The notes: generated from the letters alone by a model not told the origin. A stretch of DNA of 35,308 nt from an uncultured Verrucomicrobiota bacterium (GCA_903863315.1 CAIPBN010000374.1:1-35308); one strand, 5' to 3'. Numbered from the stretch's first letter, positions 1 through 10,435 are shown. Made by a program: numbers and translations.

Positions 1-153
1 AAGGGACGGTTCAGCAGCCGCAGGGCGGCTTTACGATGACACCCGCAGGTGGCGCAAAACTCATCGAGGATGCGCGTCTTGTGCGGACGACCGGCGCGGC
101 CGTAGCGGCCGTGAATGCGGGCTAGGGCCTCGCGCTTGGGCGGACTGACTCAT
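1..153 (-). pseudogene. Possible IS-type transposase/integrase N-terminal helix-turn-helix fragment. It runs off the left edge, and the conserved-looking frame has no start codon.
   Basis: Minus-strand translation of 2..149 reads VSPPKREALARIHGRYGRAGRPHKTRILDEFCATCGCHRKAALRLLNRP. From memory this resembles the N-terminal HTH of IS transposases/integrases. This frame is preceded by TGA (152..150) and contains no ATG/GTG/TTG. The ATG at 153..151 opens a different frame that stops after about 30 codons. Confidence 0.25.
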
Positions 154-165
154 TTTCGGGGCTTG

Positions 166-245
166 GGTAACCACGAATCTGAGTCAACGTATCGTCGGAC
201 GCCTCGTCCAACTCCCCGCCTCGGTAACATTTAATCTGAGTCAAC
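166..245. repeat. Two direct copies of GGTAAC-N4-AATCTGAGTCAAC (166..188 and 223..245), 57 nt apart
   Basis: Read directly from the sequence. The 13-mer AATCTGAGTCAAC occurs at 176..188 and 233..245. Each copy is preceded by GGTAAC with a 4-nt spacer. The repeats lie in the non-coding gap between the transposase-like remnant and typA. Confidence 0.6.
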
Positions 246-275
246 TCGGGGCCGCGTCAGGCGCAGAACCACCGC

Positions 276-303
276 TTGACCTTTGCCTGCCGCCCGGCAT
301 AGT
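276..303 (+). promoter_or_regulatory. Candidate sigma70-like promoter for typA
   Basis: TTGACC at 276..281 and CATAGT at 298..303 with a 16-nt spacer, about 80 nt upstream of the typA ATG (385). Pattern match only; promoter consensus in this lineage is uncertain. Confidence 0.25.
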
Positions 304-384
304 GCGCGGCCCGGCACATTCCCGCGCCCGGTGACCGCCTGCATCCCGTTGGCTTTCGCTGCGTGGGGTTTGGTCACTAGCACT

Positions 385-2247
385 ATGGACACGCCGGAAA
401 ACATTTTTGATATGCAGCACATCCGCAACATCGCCATCATCGCGCACGTGGACCACGGCAAGACCACGCTCGTGGACTGCCTCCTCAAACAGTCCGGCAC
501 CTTCCGCGCCAACCAGGCCGAGACGCAGGTCGAGCGCCTGATGGATTCGATGGACCTCGAACGCGAGAAGGGCATCACCATCCGCGCCAAGAACGCCGCG
601 TTCAAATACAAGAACTACCACATCAACATCGTGGACACTCCTGGCCACGCCGACTTCGGCGGCGAGGTGGAGCGCATCATGAACATGATTGACGGCGTGC
701 TGCTGGTGGTGGACTCCACCGACGGCCCGCAGGCGCAGACGCGCTTCGTGCTGCGCAAGGCGCTGGAGGCTGGTGCCAAGCCCATCGTGGTCATCAACAA
801 GATTGACCGCGACAACGCGACGCCCAAGAAGGTGCTCGACCTCGTGTTCGAGCTCTTCATGTCACTCAACGCGACGGACGAGCAGCTCGACTTCCCGTTC
901 ATATATTGTTCCGCCAAGGCCGGTTACGCCAAGACCGAGCTGGAGCACGTCTCCGGCACCATGGAGCCGCTCTTCGACGCCATCGTGAAGCATATCCCGC
1001 CCCCGCGCGCGAAGGCTGGCGACGGCTTCCAGGTGCTTGTGGCCAACCTGGATTACTCCGATTACCTCGGCCGTATCGCGTTCGGCAAAATCGTCGAGGG
1101 CAAGGTGAAGGTCAGCGACCCCGCCATCTGCCGCCACGGCGACGGCCGCATCACCAAGGGCAAGATCACCGCCATCTACCACTTCGAGGGCATGAAGCGC
1201 ATCGAGGTGCAGGAGGCGCACGCCGGCGACATTGTGGGCCTGACCGGCTTCGAGGACGTGTTCATCGGCGAGACGATTTGCGACAGCGAAGCACGCCCTG
1301 CGCTGCCCTACATCCCGATTGACCCGCCGACCATTCAGATGGAATTCGCGGTCAACGACGGCCCGCTCGCCGGACAGGACGGCAAACTCGTCACCGCCCG
1401 CCACATCTGGGACCGCCTCGTGAAGGAGACGCGCACCAATGTCGCCCTGCGCATCGCACAGACCAGTGACCCGAAGATCTTCGCCGTGTCGGGCCGTGGT
1501 GAAATGCAGATCGCCATCCTGGTCGAGCAAATGCGCCGCGAGGGCCATGAAGTCCTGGTGTCACGACCTGAGGTGTTGTGGAAGAAGGGGCCTAATGACA
1601 CCGCCCTTGAGCCCATTGAGAAGCTCTTCGTGGAGGTGCCGAACGAAAACCTCGGCGCCATCATGGAGAACCTGTCGCAGCGCAAGGCGCAGATCACGAA
1701 CATGAACCACGTCGCCGACACAGTGTCGGTCGAGGCGCTGGTGCCCATGCGCGGCCTCATCGGCTTCGAGACCGACCTCGTGAACATGACCAAGGGCATG
1801 GGCGTGATGAGCCACCTGTTCCACGAATACGGCGAGGACCGCGGCGAGATCGCCGCCCGCAAGAACGGCTCGCTCGTCTCGATGGACAACGGCGAAGCCA
1901 CGCCCTACGCGCTCAACATGGTGCAGGAACGCGGCCGGTTGCTCGTTGAGCCCGGCGACCAGATTTACGTGGGCATGATCGTCGGCGAAAACGCCCGCGA
2001 CACCGACCTCGCCGTCAATCCGGTGAAGGAAAAGAAGCTCACCAACATGCGTTCACAGGGCGACGGCAAGGGCATCCAGCTTGCGCCGCCCATGAAGCTC
2101 AGCCTCGAACGCGCGCTCGAATACATCGACGTGGACGAATACGTCGAGGCCACGCCCAAGAACCTCCGCCTCCGCAAGAAGGTGCTCGATGAAAACGCCC
2201 GCAAGCGGTCCGCGAAAACGCGCGTGATCAAGTTTGTCGAGGCCTGA
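385..2247 (+). CDS. typA: Translational GTPase TypA/BipA
   Basis: ORF 283..2247. GTPase motifs [17 protein letters not shown] and NKIDR, with EF-G-like domain order. The internal ATG at 385 ([18 protein letters not shown]...) gives the canonical N-terminus; the upstream extension is Ala/Pro-rich and unlike TypA. Confidence 0.95.
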   Translation: MDTPENIFDMQHIRNIAIIAHVDHGKTTLVDCLLKQSGTFRANQAETQVERLMDSMDLEREKGITIRAKNAAFKYKNYHINIVDTPGHADFGGEVERIMNMIDGVLLVVDSTDGPQAQTRFVLRKALEAGAKPIVVINKIDRDNATPKKVLDLVFELFMSLNATDEQLDFPFIYCSAKAGYAKTELEHVSGTMEPLFDAIVKHIPPPRAKAGDGFQVLVANLDYSDYLGRIAFGKIVEGKVKVSDPAICRHGDGRITKGKITAIYHFEGMKRIEVQEAHAGDIVGLTGFEDVFIGETICDSEARPALPYIPIDPPTIQMEFAVNDGPLAGQDGKLVTARHIWDRLVKETRTNVALRIAQTSDPKIFAVSGRGEMQIAILVEQMRREGHEVLVSRPEVLWKKGPNDTALEPIEKLFVEVPNENLGAIMENLSQRKAQITNMNHVADTVSVEALVPMRGLIGFETDLVNMTKGMGVMSHLFHEYGEDRGEIAARKNGSLVSMDNGEATPYALNMVQERGRLLVEPGDQIYVGMIVGENARDTDLAVNPVKEKKLTNMRSQGDGKGIQLAPPMKLSLERALEYIDVDEYVEATPKNLRLRKKVLDENARKRSAKTRVIKFVEA

Positions 2248-2266
2248 TCGGAGCGTCACGATTGAA

Positions 2267-2305
2267 GGGCGGGCTGCTACTCGGTAGCCCGCCTTTTTCC
2301 TTTTT
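2267..2305 (+). terminator. Rho-independent terminator of typA
   Basis: GC-rich hairpin GGGCGGGCT...AGCCCGCC at 2267..2293, followed by TTTTTCCTTTTT. It lies 20 nt after the typA stop. Confidence 0.8.
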
Positions 2306-2458
2306 CACACCAACGCCGAAATGGAGAACACCTGAAACGCGCTCGCAGCCTTCGGTGGCTGTTTGCCTTTGGCGTTCGGGCGTCCTGCTGGTTCACCTGG
2401 AAGAGTGAGCGGATCGGGCGCGTGGACTTCGCAGGGCGTCTCGCACTAATCTGCGCGC

Positions 2459-3682
2459 GTGGCTGAGCCCAATACCAATCCACCTCGTCTGCGCCTGCGC
2501 GTCACTGCGGCGGCGGAATCCGCGATCCGCAGCGGCCACCCGTGGGTGTATGACAACAGCATTCGCGAGCAGAACCGCGCCGGGACGGCGGGCGAGCTGG
2601 CGGTGGTGTTTGACCGGCGGGACCGCTTTCTGGCGCTCGGCCTATACGATCCGCTTTCCCCCATCCGCCTGCGCGTGCTGCATCACGGCAAGCCAGCGAC
2701 GGCGGACGACGCCTGGTGGCGGGCACGACTGGCCGGCGCGCTGGAACGGCGCACGGGCTTGTTCGACGCCACGACGAATGGTTACCGCTGTCTGAGCGGC
2801 GAGAACGACGGCTGGCCGGGCCTGGTGCTCGACCGATATGACACGACCTACGTGCTCAAGCTCTACAGCGCCGTTTGGCTGCCGCGCCTCGACGACGTGG
2901 TGCGCTGGATCAGCGAGGCTGTGAAGCCCGAGCGGCTGGTCCTGCGGTTGAGCCGCAACATCCAGCCGGAAGCCGAGGCAAAGTTCCAGTTGCGCGAAGG
3001 GCAGGTGCTGGTTGGAGGTTTGCCGTCCGGGCCGGTGGTGTTTCAAGAGACGGGCATCCGCTTCGAGGCCGAGGTGGTGCGCGGGCAGAAGACCGGTTTC
3101 TTTCTGGACCAACGCGAGAACCGCCAGCGGGTGGAAAAACTGGCGGCGGGCCGGGAGGTCTTGAATGCCTTCAGCTTTTCCGGTGGTTTTTCGCTCTACG
3201 CCGCGCGGGGTGGGGCGCGCAGCACGACGGATTTGGACATCAGCCCGCATGCGCTGGAGTCCGCGCGCCGGAATTTCGCGCTCAATGAGGCGGACCCGCG
3301 CATCGCGGCATGCCGGCACGAGTGCGTGCAGGCGGACACCTTTGACTGGCTGGGCGGACGGACGGACGCGGACTTCGAACTCGTCATTCTCGACCCGCCT
3401 TCACTGGCCAAGCGCGAGGCGGAGCGCGAGGGGGCGGTGCAGGCCTATCACCGGCTGGTGACTTTGGGAATTCCGCGGTTGCGCCGGGGCGGCATCTTGG
3501 TAGCGGCCTCGTGCTCAGCCCATGTGACGACTGGAGAATTTTTCGGCACAGTGCTGGAAGCAATCGAAGCCTCGGGGCGGCGCTTCCTGGAGCTGGAGCG
3601 CACCGGTCATGCGCCGGACCATCCGGCGACCTTTCCGGAGGCGAGCTATTTGAAGTGCCTGTTCGTGCGGTTCGAGCCGTGA
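2459..3682 (+). CDS. Class I SAM-dependent methyltransferase, RlmI/RlmK-like (PUA-like N-terminus plus Rossmann methyltransferase domain)
   Basis: 407-aa ORF with a GTG start. SAM-binding motif [16 protein letters not shown], motif IV-like LVILDPPS, and an overall length and layout typical of 23S rRNA m5C methyltransferase RlmI-type proteins. Confidence 0.8.
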   Translation: MAEPNTNPPRLRLRVTAAAESAIRSGHPWVYDNSIREQNRAGTAGELAVVFDRRDRFLALGLYDPLSPIRLRVLHHGKPATADDAWWRARLAGALERRTGLFDATTNGYRCLSGENDGWPGLVLDRYDTTYVLKLYSAVWLPRLDDVVRWISEAVKPERLVLRLSRNIQPEAEAKFQLREGQVLVGGLPSGPVVFQETGIRFEAEVVRGQKTGFFLDQRENRQRVEKLAAGREVLNAFSFSGGFSLYAARGGARSTTDLDISPHALESARRNFALNEADPRIAACRHECVQADTFDWLGGRTDADFELVILDPPSLAKREAEREGAVQAYHRLVTLGIPRLRRGGILVAASCSAHVTTGEFFGTVLEAIEASGRRFLELERTGHAPDHPATFPEASYLKCLFVRFEP

Positions 3683-3703
3683 ATTGGCGGTGGCAGCCGC
3701 GGG

Positions 3704-5101
3704 CTACTTTGCGTCGGTCTGAATCTCAATCCACAGCTCGCCAATCTGCAGTTTGTTGCCTCCGGCCAAGGTGTGGGTGGAGTTGGAAAGTTTGTTCTCC
3801 ATCTGCACGCGTCCGTCCCGGAACGTCACAATCGCGGTGATCGGCGGAAAGCCCTTGTGCTTGGGGAGGTAAAGGTGGGCCTCGGGCGAGCTGCCCAGGA
3901 TGACCGGCTCCGCGCCGAGGTTGATCACCGTGCGTTCGTTCTCGTGCCAGTGGACGATCAAGGCGGCTTCGCGGGCGAGCTTCTCCACCAGCGCGACGAC
4001 CAGTCCAATGGTCAGGCCCAGAATGGCCGCGCCCAACAGCCGCCCGGAAACCTCACCCGACTTCGCGAGCGCGAAGAGAAACGCCGCCGCGCCGAGACCG
4101 CCACCCAGCAGGCCGGCGAAACCCGCGCGGAACTTCGGCAGGTTGGGAATGAAGAACGCCATGCCGAAACCGAGCAGCGCGCCGAGCAGCGACCAGCCCA
4201 CGATCTGCCCGGCCTTGATGATGACGGGCAGAATCTGGTCGGCCTGTTCCGGAGTGAGCTGCGCGGCCACGCTGTTCGCGCCGAGCGCAAAGAGGTGCTG
4301 GCTGACGGCTCCGGAGATCAAGCCGGCGAGCAGTCCGCCACCCAGCACGAGCGCGGCCTCCTTCAAGTTAAACAAGGCCCGGCGCAGCAGGTAATTCTGC
4401 CCGGCCACGATCAGCGCCGACATGCCCACCGCGAGCAACGCCGTCCAAAGCCCGATGAACAGAGTGGTTTTGAACGAGGGGGGCTGGCGCTGGCTGAGCT
4501 TCGCCAAGTCGGGCGGGGGCACTTTCTTGACCTCGAAGGTCTGCACCACATTGGTTTGTCCGTGGCGGATGAACCCGCGAAATTCCTGCACCTTGCCGCC
4601 GTGCTTGATGGCTACGGTGTAGGGCGTTTGGTCCACTGGGGAGTGGAGGGAGTAGTGGTGGACAAACACCTGGTAGCGGCCCTCGGGCGCGCCATTCGTG
4701 GGCCAGTAGATATTCTCGACCGGCTGGCTGGAATACGGCGGCCGGGCATTCATGTCCACGTCCAGTTCGCCGGCGGTTAGGGACCGTTTGTGGCCATAGA
4801 AAATGCGTTCGCCGCTCGGGTCCGTGCAGTGCAGATCAAGGTCGTTGGAGTTGTCCCACATCAGGGAAATCTGCACATCGCCAGTCTTGGCCTCCTCCCG
4901 TTGCAGGCGCTTCTGCAACTCGTTGCTGAAGACCAGCACGGGGGCGGCGGGCTGGCCCTTGGCCTCCTCGCCGGCTTGTGGCACGGGGGGCTTGATCCGT
5001 CTGAGCAGCGGCTCGCCGGCGGCCCAGCCCAGCACGCAGCCCAGCGCACCCAGCAGGCCAAACAACACGGGCTTCGGCATCAGATGAACCAGCTTTCGCA
5101 T
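3704..5101 (-). CDS. Polytopic membrane protein: N-terminal signal anchor, DUF2135/YfaP-like beta-sandwich domain, about 5 further TM helices, and a C-terminal FHA-like domain
   Basis: 465-aa ORF. A hydrophobic segment spans aa 10-28. The motif DVQISLMWDNSNDLDLHCTDPSGERIFYGHKRSLTAGELDVDMN...VENIYWP...GRYQVFVHHY (aa ~74-191, nt 4529..4882) recalls DUF2135/YfaP-type domains. Gly/Ala/Leu-rich TM helices span aa ~212-375. The C-terminal ~90 aa (VINLGAEPVILGSSPEAHLYLP...VTFRDGRVQMEN...LQIGELWIEI) is FHA-like but divergent. Confidence 0.75.
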   Translation of the reverse strand: MRKLVHLMPKPVLFGLLGALGCVLGWAAGEPLLRRIKPPVPQAGEEAKGQPAAPVLVFSNELQKRLQREEAKTGDVQISLMWDNSNDLDLHCTDPSGERIFYGHKRSLTAGELDVDMNARPPYSSQPVENIYWPTNGAPEGRYQVFVHHYSLHSPVDQTPYTVAIKHGGKVQEFRGFIRHGQTNVVQTFEVKKVPPPDLAKLSQRQPPSFKTTLFIGLWTALLAVGMSALIVAGQNYLLRRALFNLKEAALVLGGGLLAGLISGAVSQHLFALGANSVAAQLTPEQADQILPVIIKAGQIVGWSLLGALLGFGMAFFIPNLPKFRAGFAGLLGGGLGAAAFLFALAKSGEVSGRLLGAAILGLTIGLVVALVEKLAREAALIVHWHENERTVINLGAEPVILGSSPEAHLYLPKHKGFPPITAIVTFRDGRVQMENKLSNSTHTLAGGNKLQIGELWIEIQTDAK

Positions 5102-5240
5102 GCGACGCCGGATTCAAACATCTGGGCCGCGGCTTGAACAGCCGGGTGTTGACCGGACGTGCCCTGGCAGCACGCGTGGGACCGTCTGCTGCCAGCGTCG
5201 TTGACCAAGCGGTGCCTCACGTTCAAGCTCCCGCCCACAC

Positions 5241-6194
5241 ATGAGACTTTGCCGCTTCCTTGATGGCCGCGACGCGCGGGCAGGTTTTTTCTTTGATGAC
5301 ACCGTGATTCCGCTGGATGCGGCGGCGCGGCTCCATCGCGAGCACACGCAGCAGGATTTGAAGTTGCCAGCCGGCGACGATCTGCTCGCGCTGCTGCCCG
5401 GCGGCAGTCACTTCACCGCAGCCCGAGCGCTGGGCAGTTGGCTGGCGGAGAACCGGGGCGTTGCGGGCGGCGCGGCACTGGCGGTGGAGCAGGTCCAGTT
5501 GCTCACCCCCATCGCGCGGCCGCCCAAGATCATTCTGCTCGCCGGCAATTACAACGAGCACATCAAGGAAGGCGGCGGCCAGGCAACGGAGCGCGCGAAG
5601 ACGTTCCCCTACCTCTTCCAAAAGCCGCCGACCACGACGCTCAATCATCCGGGCGCGGCCATCGTCATCCCGAAGGCGTCGCCCAACCATGTGGACTGGG
5701 AATGCGAGCTGGGCGTGGTCATCGCGCGGCGGTGCAAAGCCGTAAAGGAGGCCGAGGCGCTGCAATACGTCGCCGGCTACACGGTGGTGAACGACATTTC
5801 CGATCGCAAGTTCCGGCCCAACCCTGGCCGCGAAAAGCGGGACAAGGACTCGTTCTTCGACTGGCAGCATGGCAAATGGCACGACACTTTTTGTCCGGTC
5901 GGTCCTTGCGTGACCTCGGCTCACGCGCTGCCAGACCCGCAGCAACTGGCGCTCTCCCTCAAGGTCAACGGCAAGACCTGGCAGAACGCGAGCACGGCCC
6001 AGATGATCTTCCCGGTGGCGGCCATCATCGAGTTCGTCTCGGCCATCGTGACGCTGGAGCCGGGCGACATCATCTCCACCGGCACGCCTTCCGGCGTGGG
6101 CAACACCACGGGCACTTACCTCAAGCCGGGCGACCAGATGGAGGCAGCCATCGCCAGCATTGGCGTGCTGCGAAACTATTTGGTGGCGGAGTAG
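5241..6194 (+). CDS. Fumarylacetoacetate hydrolase (FAH) family protein
   Basis: 317-aa ORF with FAH-family blocks: KIILLAGNYNEH, DWECELGVVIARR, GYTVVNDISDR and LEPGDIISTGTPSGVG. Confidence 0.88.
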   Translation: MRLCRFLDGRDARAGFFFDDTVIPLDAAARLHREHTQQDLKLPAGDDLLALLPGGSHFTAARALGSWLAENRGVAGGAALAVEQVQLLTPIARPPKIILLAGNYNEHIKEGGGQATERAKTFPYLFQKPPTTTLNHPGAAIVIPKASPNHVDWECELGVVIARRCKAVKEAEALQYVAGYTVVNDISDRKFRPNPGREKRDKDSFFDWQHGKWHDTFCPVGPCVTSAHALPDPQQLALSLKVNGKTWQNASTAQMIFPVAAIIEFVSAIVTLEPGDIISTGTPSGVGNTTGTYLKPGDQMEAAIASIGVLRNYLVAE

Positions 6195-6284
6195 CTGGCG
6201 CAGCCGCTGCGGCGGCGCGGCATTCGCCCGGACTCGGGAAATCCAGTGGGCGTAGGGCCGATGACCTGCTAGCTTGAAGCACCG

Positions 6285-6968
6285 ATGCAAGTGCCGTCCC
6301 AGGTGCCGGTGATGATTCTGCCGAACGCGACGCTGTTCCCGCAGATGGCGCTGCCATTGCGGATCTTCGAGCCGCGTTACCGCCAGATGCTCAAGGACGT
6401 GCTGGAAGGGGAGCGCATGTTTGCCGTGGCGTTGCGCAAGGCCAAGTCCCGGGGCGAAACCCCTTCGTCCATCGGCGGTCTGGGGCTCGTGAGCGCGTCC
6501 GTGGAACATCCCGATGGCACCAGCCACCTCGTCCTGCATGGGCTGGCCCGGGTGGAGTTTCTCGGTCCGATCCAGCGCAAGCCCTACCGCGTCGAGGCCA
6601 TCCGCACCATCGCCGCGCCCCCGCCGGAGCCGGAAACCACCACCCGGCTGGCCCGGAAAGTCCGCGCGCTGGTCCGCCGGCGGGTGAAGCAGGGGTTTGA
6701 TCTGGGCTTCCCCCCCGTGACTGATCCCAAGAAGGCCACGCAGTTCCAGCAGATGCAGGAGCTGGCGAATCTTTCCCTGCGCCGGTTCGCCGAGCACATG
6801 GCCACGGTGAAGTCGCCCGAGCACCTGGCGGATCTCGTGGCCAGCACGCTGGTGGGGGATCCCTACGACCGGCAACTGCTGCTGGCCACGCCGCAGGTGG
6901 AGACCCGCCTCCAGTTCCTGCTGCAGTTCCTGCTGGCCGAGGCCCAGTCACAGCCCCCCATCGAGTGA
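6285..6968 (+). CDS. LON N-terminal (substrate-binding) domain protein
   Basis: 227-aa ORF. LPNATLFPQMALPLRIFEPRYRQML is the typical start of the LON_substr_bdg domain. There is no AAA+ or protease domain. Confidence 0.8.
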   Translation: MQVPSQVPVMILPNATLFPQMALPLRIFEPRYRQMLKDVLEGERMFAVALRKAKSRGETPSSIGGLGLVSASVEHPDGTSHLVLHGLARVEFLGPIQRKPYRVEAIRTIAAPPPEPETTTRLARKVRALVRRRVKQGFDLGFPPVTDPKKATQFQQMQELANLSLRRFAEHMATVKSPEHLADLVASTLVGDPYDRQLLLATPQVETRLQFLLQFLLAEAQSQPPIE

Positions 6969-8731
6969 GTCCACTGCGCCGCGCCCTTCAGTTCTTCCGC
7001 CCCGAGCGAGCGCGCATCGCCGGCGTGTCGGTGCTCATGCTCGCCGGCATCGGGGCGAATCTCCTCAAGCCCTGGCCCATGGCCGTGCTGGTGGACAGCG
7101 TGCTGGGCACCAAAGCCCTGCCCGCCGCACTCCTAGCGTGGTCGAACGACAAGGCCGCGCTGATCGTGATGCTTGCGGCGGTGACGGCGGTGCTCCACCT
7201 CCTCCACGGCGGCCTGAATGCGACGCAGAACTACCTGGCCATCGACATCGGGTTGCGCGGCCTGCGCCGGGTGCGCAATGAAGTCTTTGGCTGGCTCCAG
7301 CGCCTTTCGCTGCGCTTCCATCAAGGCCGCAACACCGGCGACCTGATTCACCGTGCCGCGTGGGACACCTATTCCTTCCAGACCCTGTTCCAGCAGGGCC
7401 TGATGACGTCCGCGAGCGCCGCACTCTCCTTTGGGATGATGGTCGTGGTGATGGCGCAGTTGAACGGGCGGCTCACGCTGGTGGCGCTGGCCACCGTGCC
7501 ACTGTTGCTGCTGGTCATCCGCACGTTTGGCGCGCGCATGACCGAGCAGGGCGCATCCGCACAACAGGCTGACAGCCAGGTGACTTCGCTCGTGCAACAG
7601 AACATCGCCGCGCTTCCGCTCGTGCAGAGCTACACCCGCGAGGAGCATGAGGCCGAGCGTTTCAACACCCACACCGAGCAGGCGCAGGTGCGCCGCCTGC
7701 GCCAGCACGGCTGGGAAGTGGCCTACTGGTTTGCGATCACGGCGGTGTTCGGCAGTGGCGCGGCGGGCATTCTCTGGCTGGGCGCGAACCAGGTGATTCG
7801 GGGTGAGGCGACCGTGGGCGAACTGCTGATTTTCCTCACCTACCTCGGCCAGTTCTACGAACCCCTCAATCAGCTCTCGCACGTCGGCGCGACCGTGGCC
7901 AATGCCAGTGTGGGTGCGCAGCGGGTCTTTGAAATCCTCGACACCCCCGAGGAGGTGAAAGACGCGCCGGACGCGCAACCGGTTGTCCGTTCTGCTTTGC
8001 GTGGCGAACTGGCCTTCAACGCCGTCACGTTCCGTTACGCTGATGACCGCGAAATTCTGCGCGGGATCAATTTCACTCTCGCCCCCGGCCAGTCGGCCGC
8101 CCTCATCGGCCCGAGCGGCGTGGGCAAGACCACCTTGCTCAATCTTGTCCCGCGGTTCTTTGATCCCACGGGCGGCACCATTTTTCTAGATGGCGCGGAT
8201 CTGCGCTCCCTCCGGGTCCGCGATGTGCGCTCGCAGATCGCCATCGTCTTGCAGGAGCCGATTCTCCTGCCTACGAGTATTGCGGAAAACATCGCCTACG
8301 GCCGGCCCGGTGCGACCCGGGCCGAGATCGAGGCCGCGGCGAAGGCCGCCAACGCCCACGCCTACATCGAGAAGCTGCCGCAGCAATACGACACCATCGT
8401 GGGTGACGGTGCCGCCCGGCTGAGTGTCGGCGAGCGGCAGCGGCTGAACCTCGCCCGCGCCTTCCTCAAGGACGCCCCCATCCTCCTGCTCGACGAGCCC
8501 ACCAGCGCGCTCGACGCCGAGAGCGAGGCGTTGGTGGTGGAGAGCCTCAAGCGCCTCATGCACGGCCGCACCACGCTCATCGTCGCCCATCGCCTCTCCA
8601 CCATCCGTGACCTGGACAAGATCGTCGTCCTGGCGGAGGGCCGGGTCAGCGAGATTGGCACGCACACCGAGCTGCTGGCGCGAGGCGGCTACTACGCCCG
8701 GGTGGTCAGCGGGCAAATCGCGTTGGATTGA
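6965..8731 (+). CDS. ABC transporter, fused permease/ATPase (type I exporter, MsbA-like)
   Basis: 588-aa ORF. N-terminal 6-TM exporter domain, Walker A GPSGVGKTT, signature LSVGERQR and Walker B ILLLDEPTSALD. The GTG start overlaps the upstream stop (GTGA at 6965..6968). Confidence 0.92.
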   Translation: MSPLRRALQFFRPERARIAGVSVLMLAGIGANLLKPWPMAVLVDSVLGTKALPAALLAWSNDKAALIVMLAAVTAVLHLLHGGLNATQNYLAIDIGLRGLRRVRNEVFGWLQRLSLRFHQGRNTGDLIHRAAWDTYSFQTLFQQGLMTSASAALSFGMMVVVMAQLNGRLTLVALATVPLLLLVIRTFGARMTEQGASAQQADSQVTSLVQQNIAALPLVQSYTREEHEAERFNTHTEQAQVRRLRQHGWEVAYWFAITAVFGSGAAGILWLGANQVIRGEATVGELLIFLTYLGQFYEPLNQLSHVGATVANASVGAQRVFEILDTPEEVKDAPDAQPVVRSALRGELAFNAVTFRYADDREILRGINFTLAPGQSAALIGPSGVGKTTLLNLVPRFFDPTGGTIFLDGADLRSLRVRDVRSQIAIVLQEPILLPTSIAENIAYGRPGATRAEIEAAAKAANAHAYIEKLPQQYDTIVGDGAARLSVGERQRLNLARAFLKDAPILLLDEPTSALDAESEALVVESLKRLMHGRTTLIVAHRLSTIRDLDKIVVLAEGRVSEIGTHTELLARGGYYARVVSGQIALD

Positions 8732-8836
8732 ACCCGGCCTGTCCTCGGAGCGCGTCTGCCAAATTGCGCCCGACGTGATGCAGCGGCGCATTTCCTTGCT
8801 GCAAGGACCGGACGGACAAAGCACACTCGCCGCATT

Positions 8837-10435
8837 ATGAGCGCCACCCCGGAGCAACTTTGGCAGCGGTTTCAAACGCATTACACGGAGTTTCCCAAGC
8901 TCGGACTGGCCGTGGATCTCAGTCGGATGAACTTCGGCGACGATTACATGGCCCAGATGCAGCCGCACCTCGATCGCGCCTTTGCTTCGATGAGCGCGCT
9001 GGAGGCGGGTGCCATCGCAAATCCGGATGAAAAGCGCATGGTGGGCCATTACTGGCTGCGCAACGCCGCGCTCGCCCCCACGCCGGAGCTGCGCCAGGAA
9101 ATCGAGGACACCCTCGTCTCCATCGAAAAGTTCACGGAGGAAGTCCACACCGGCGAAACCGTGCGCGGCGCGGGCGGGCCGTTCAAACGCCTCCTCGTCG
9201 TGGGCATCGGCGGCTCGGCGCTGGGCCCGCAGTTCGTGGCCCATGCCCTCGGGCAGCCGGACCGGGATCGCATGGTGGTTCACTTCTTCGACAACACTGA
9301 CCCCGACGGGATGGACAAGGTGCTGGCGGTCATCGGCGGGGATTTGGACCGCACGTTGTGCCTGGTCATCTCGAAGTCCGGCGGCACGAAGGAAACCCGC
9401 AACGGTCTCTTGGAGGCCAAGGCTGCTTATGCGCGCAACGGGCTGCGCTTCGAGGCGCACGCGGTGGCCGTCACCGGGGTGGGCAGCGAACTGGACAAAT
9501 ACGCGGTGCAGAATGGCTGGCTCCGGCGCTTTCCGATGTGGGACTGGGTGGGTGGCCGCACGAGCGAATGCTCCGCCGTCGGGCTGCTGCCCGCCGCCTT
9601 GCAGGGGCTGGCCATCCGCGAGCTGCTGGCCGGGGCGAAGGCTTGCGATGATGTGACCCGCACTCCCACCGTTGCCGGCAATCCAGCCGCGCAAATGGCC
9701 TTGATGTGGCACTACGCCGGCGGCGGACGCGGTCGCAAGGACTTGGTCGTGCTGCCTTACAAGGACCGGCTTGAACTGTTTTCCAAATACCTCCAGCAGC
9801 TCATCATGGAGTCACTCGGCAAGGAGCGGGATCTTGACGGACTGGTGGTGAACCAGGGCTTGGCGGTGTATGGCAATAAGGGTTCCACCGACCAGCATGC
9901 TTATGTGCAGCAGCTCCGGGATGGCGTGTTGAATTTTTTCGTCACGTTCATCGAGGTGCTGGCAGACCGCGCCGGTGACAGCATCGAAGTTGAGCCGGGC
10001 ACCACCAGTGGCGATTTCCTCAGCGGCTTCCTGCTGGGCACGCGGCAGGCCCTGCACGAGAACGGGCGCGAATCCATCACCCTCACGGTCCGCGAGGTGA
10101 CGCCCTTCGCCATCGGGGTGCTGATCGCTCTCTTCGAGCGCGCCGTTGGCCTTTACGCCACGCTGGTGAACATCAACGCCTACCACCAGCCCGGCGTGGA
10201 GGCGGGCAAGAAAGCCGCCGGAGCCGTGCTGTCGCTGCAATCAAAGCTGACGGCCTTCCTGAACGCCAATCGCGGCCGGTCCTACACGCCGGCGCAACTC
10301 GCGGAGGTCTTGGGAACGAAGGGGCAGGAGGAGACGATCTTCAAGATTGGCGAGCACTTGGCAGCCAACGTGGGTCGGGGAGTGCAGAAGGCGGCTGGCA
10401 CCTCGCCAGCGGACACGAAGTTCACGGCCAGTTGA
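8837..10435 (+). CDS. pgi: Glucose-6-phosphate isomerase
   Basis: 532-aa ORF with SIS-domain motifs [10 protein letters not shown] and [10 protein letters not shown], plus the C-terminal PGI region ([18 protein letters not shown]). Confidence 0.93.
   Translation: MSATPEQLWQRFQTHYTEFPKLGLAVDLSRMNFGDDYMAQMQPHLDRAFASMSALEAGAIANPDEKRMVGHYWLRNAALAPTPELRQEIEDTLVSIEKFTEEVHTGETVRGAGGPFKRLLVVGIGGSALGPQFVAHALGQPDRDRMVVHFFDNTDPDGMDKVLAVIGGDLDRTLCLVISKSGGTKETRNGLLEAKAAYARNGLRFEAHAVAVTGVGSELDKYAVQNGWLRRFPMWDWVGGRTSECSAVGLLPAALQGLAIRELLAGAKACDDVTRTPTVAGNPAAQMALMWHYAGGGRGRKDLVVLPYKDRLELFSKYLQQLIMESLGKERDLDGLVVNQGLAVYGNKGSTDQHAYVQQLRDGVLNFFVTFIEVLADRAGDSIEVEPGTTSGDFLSGFLLGTRQALHENGRESITLTVREVTPFAIGVLIALFERAVGLYATLVNINAYHQPGVEAGKKAAGAVLSLQSKLTAFLNANRGRSYTPAQLAEVLGTKGQEETIFKIGEHLAANVGRGVQKAAGTSPADTKFTAS

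Noticed and set aside
2277-2483. A 68-aa Arg-rich minus-strand ORF in the typA / methyltransferase intergenic region.
   Set aside because: Its composition is highly basic and low in complexity. It overlaps the typA terminator hairpin and the start of the next gene, and nothing supports it as coding.
5223-6875. A 550-aa minus-strand ORF spans the FAH hydrolase and LON-N genes. Similar long antisense ORFs lie at 8186..9712, 24643..26115, 30323..32212, 32199..33656, 16964..18301 and 18388..19698.
   Set aside because: All lie antisense to genes with clear family motifs, cross gene boundaries, and have Arg/Ala/Gly-biased composition typical of GC-driven shadow frames.
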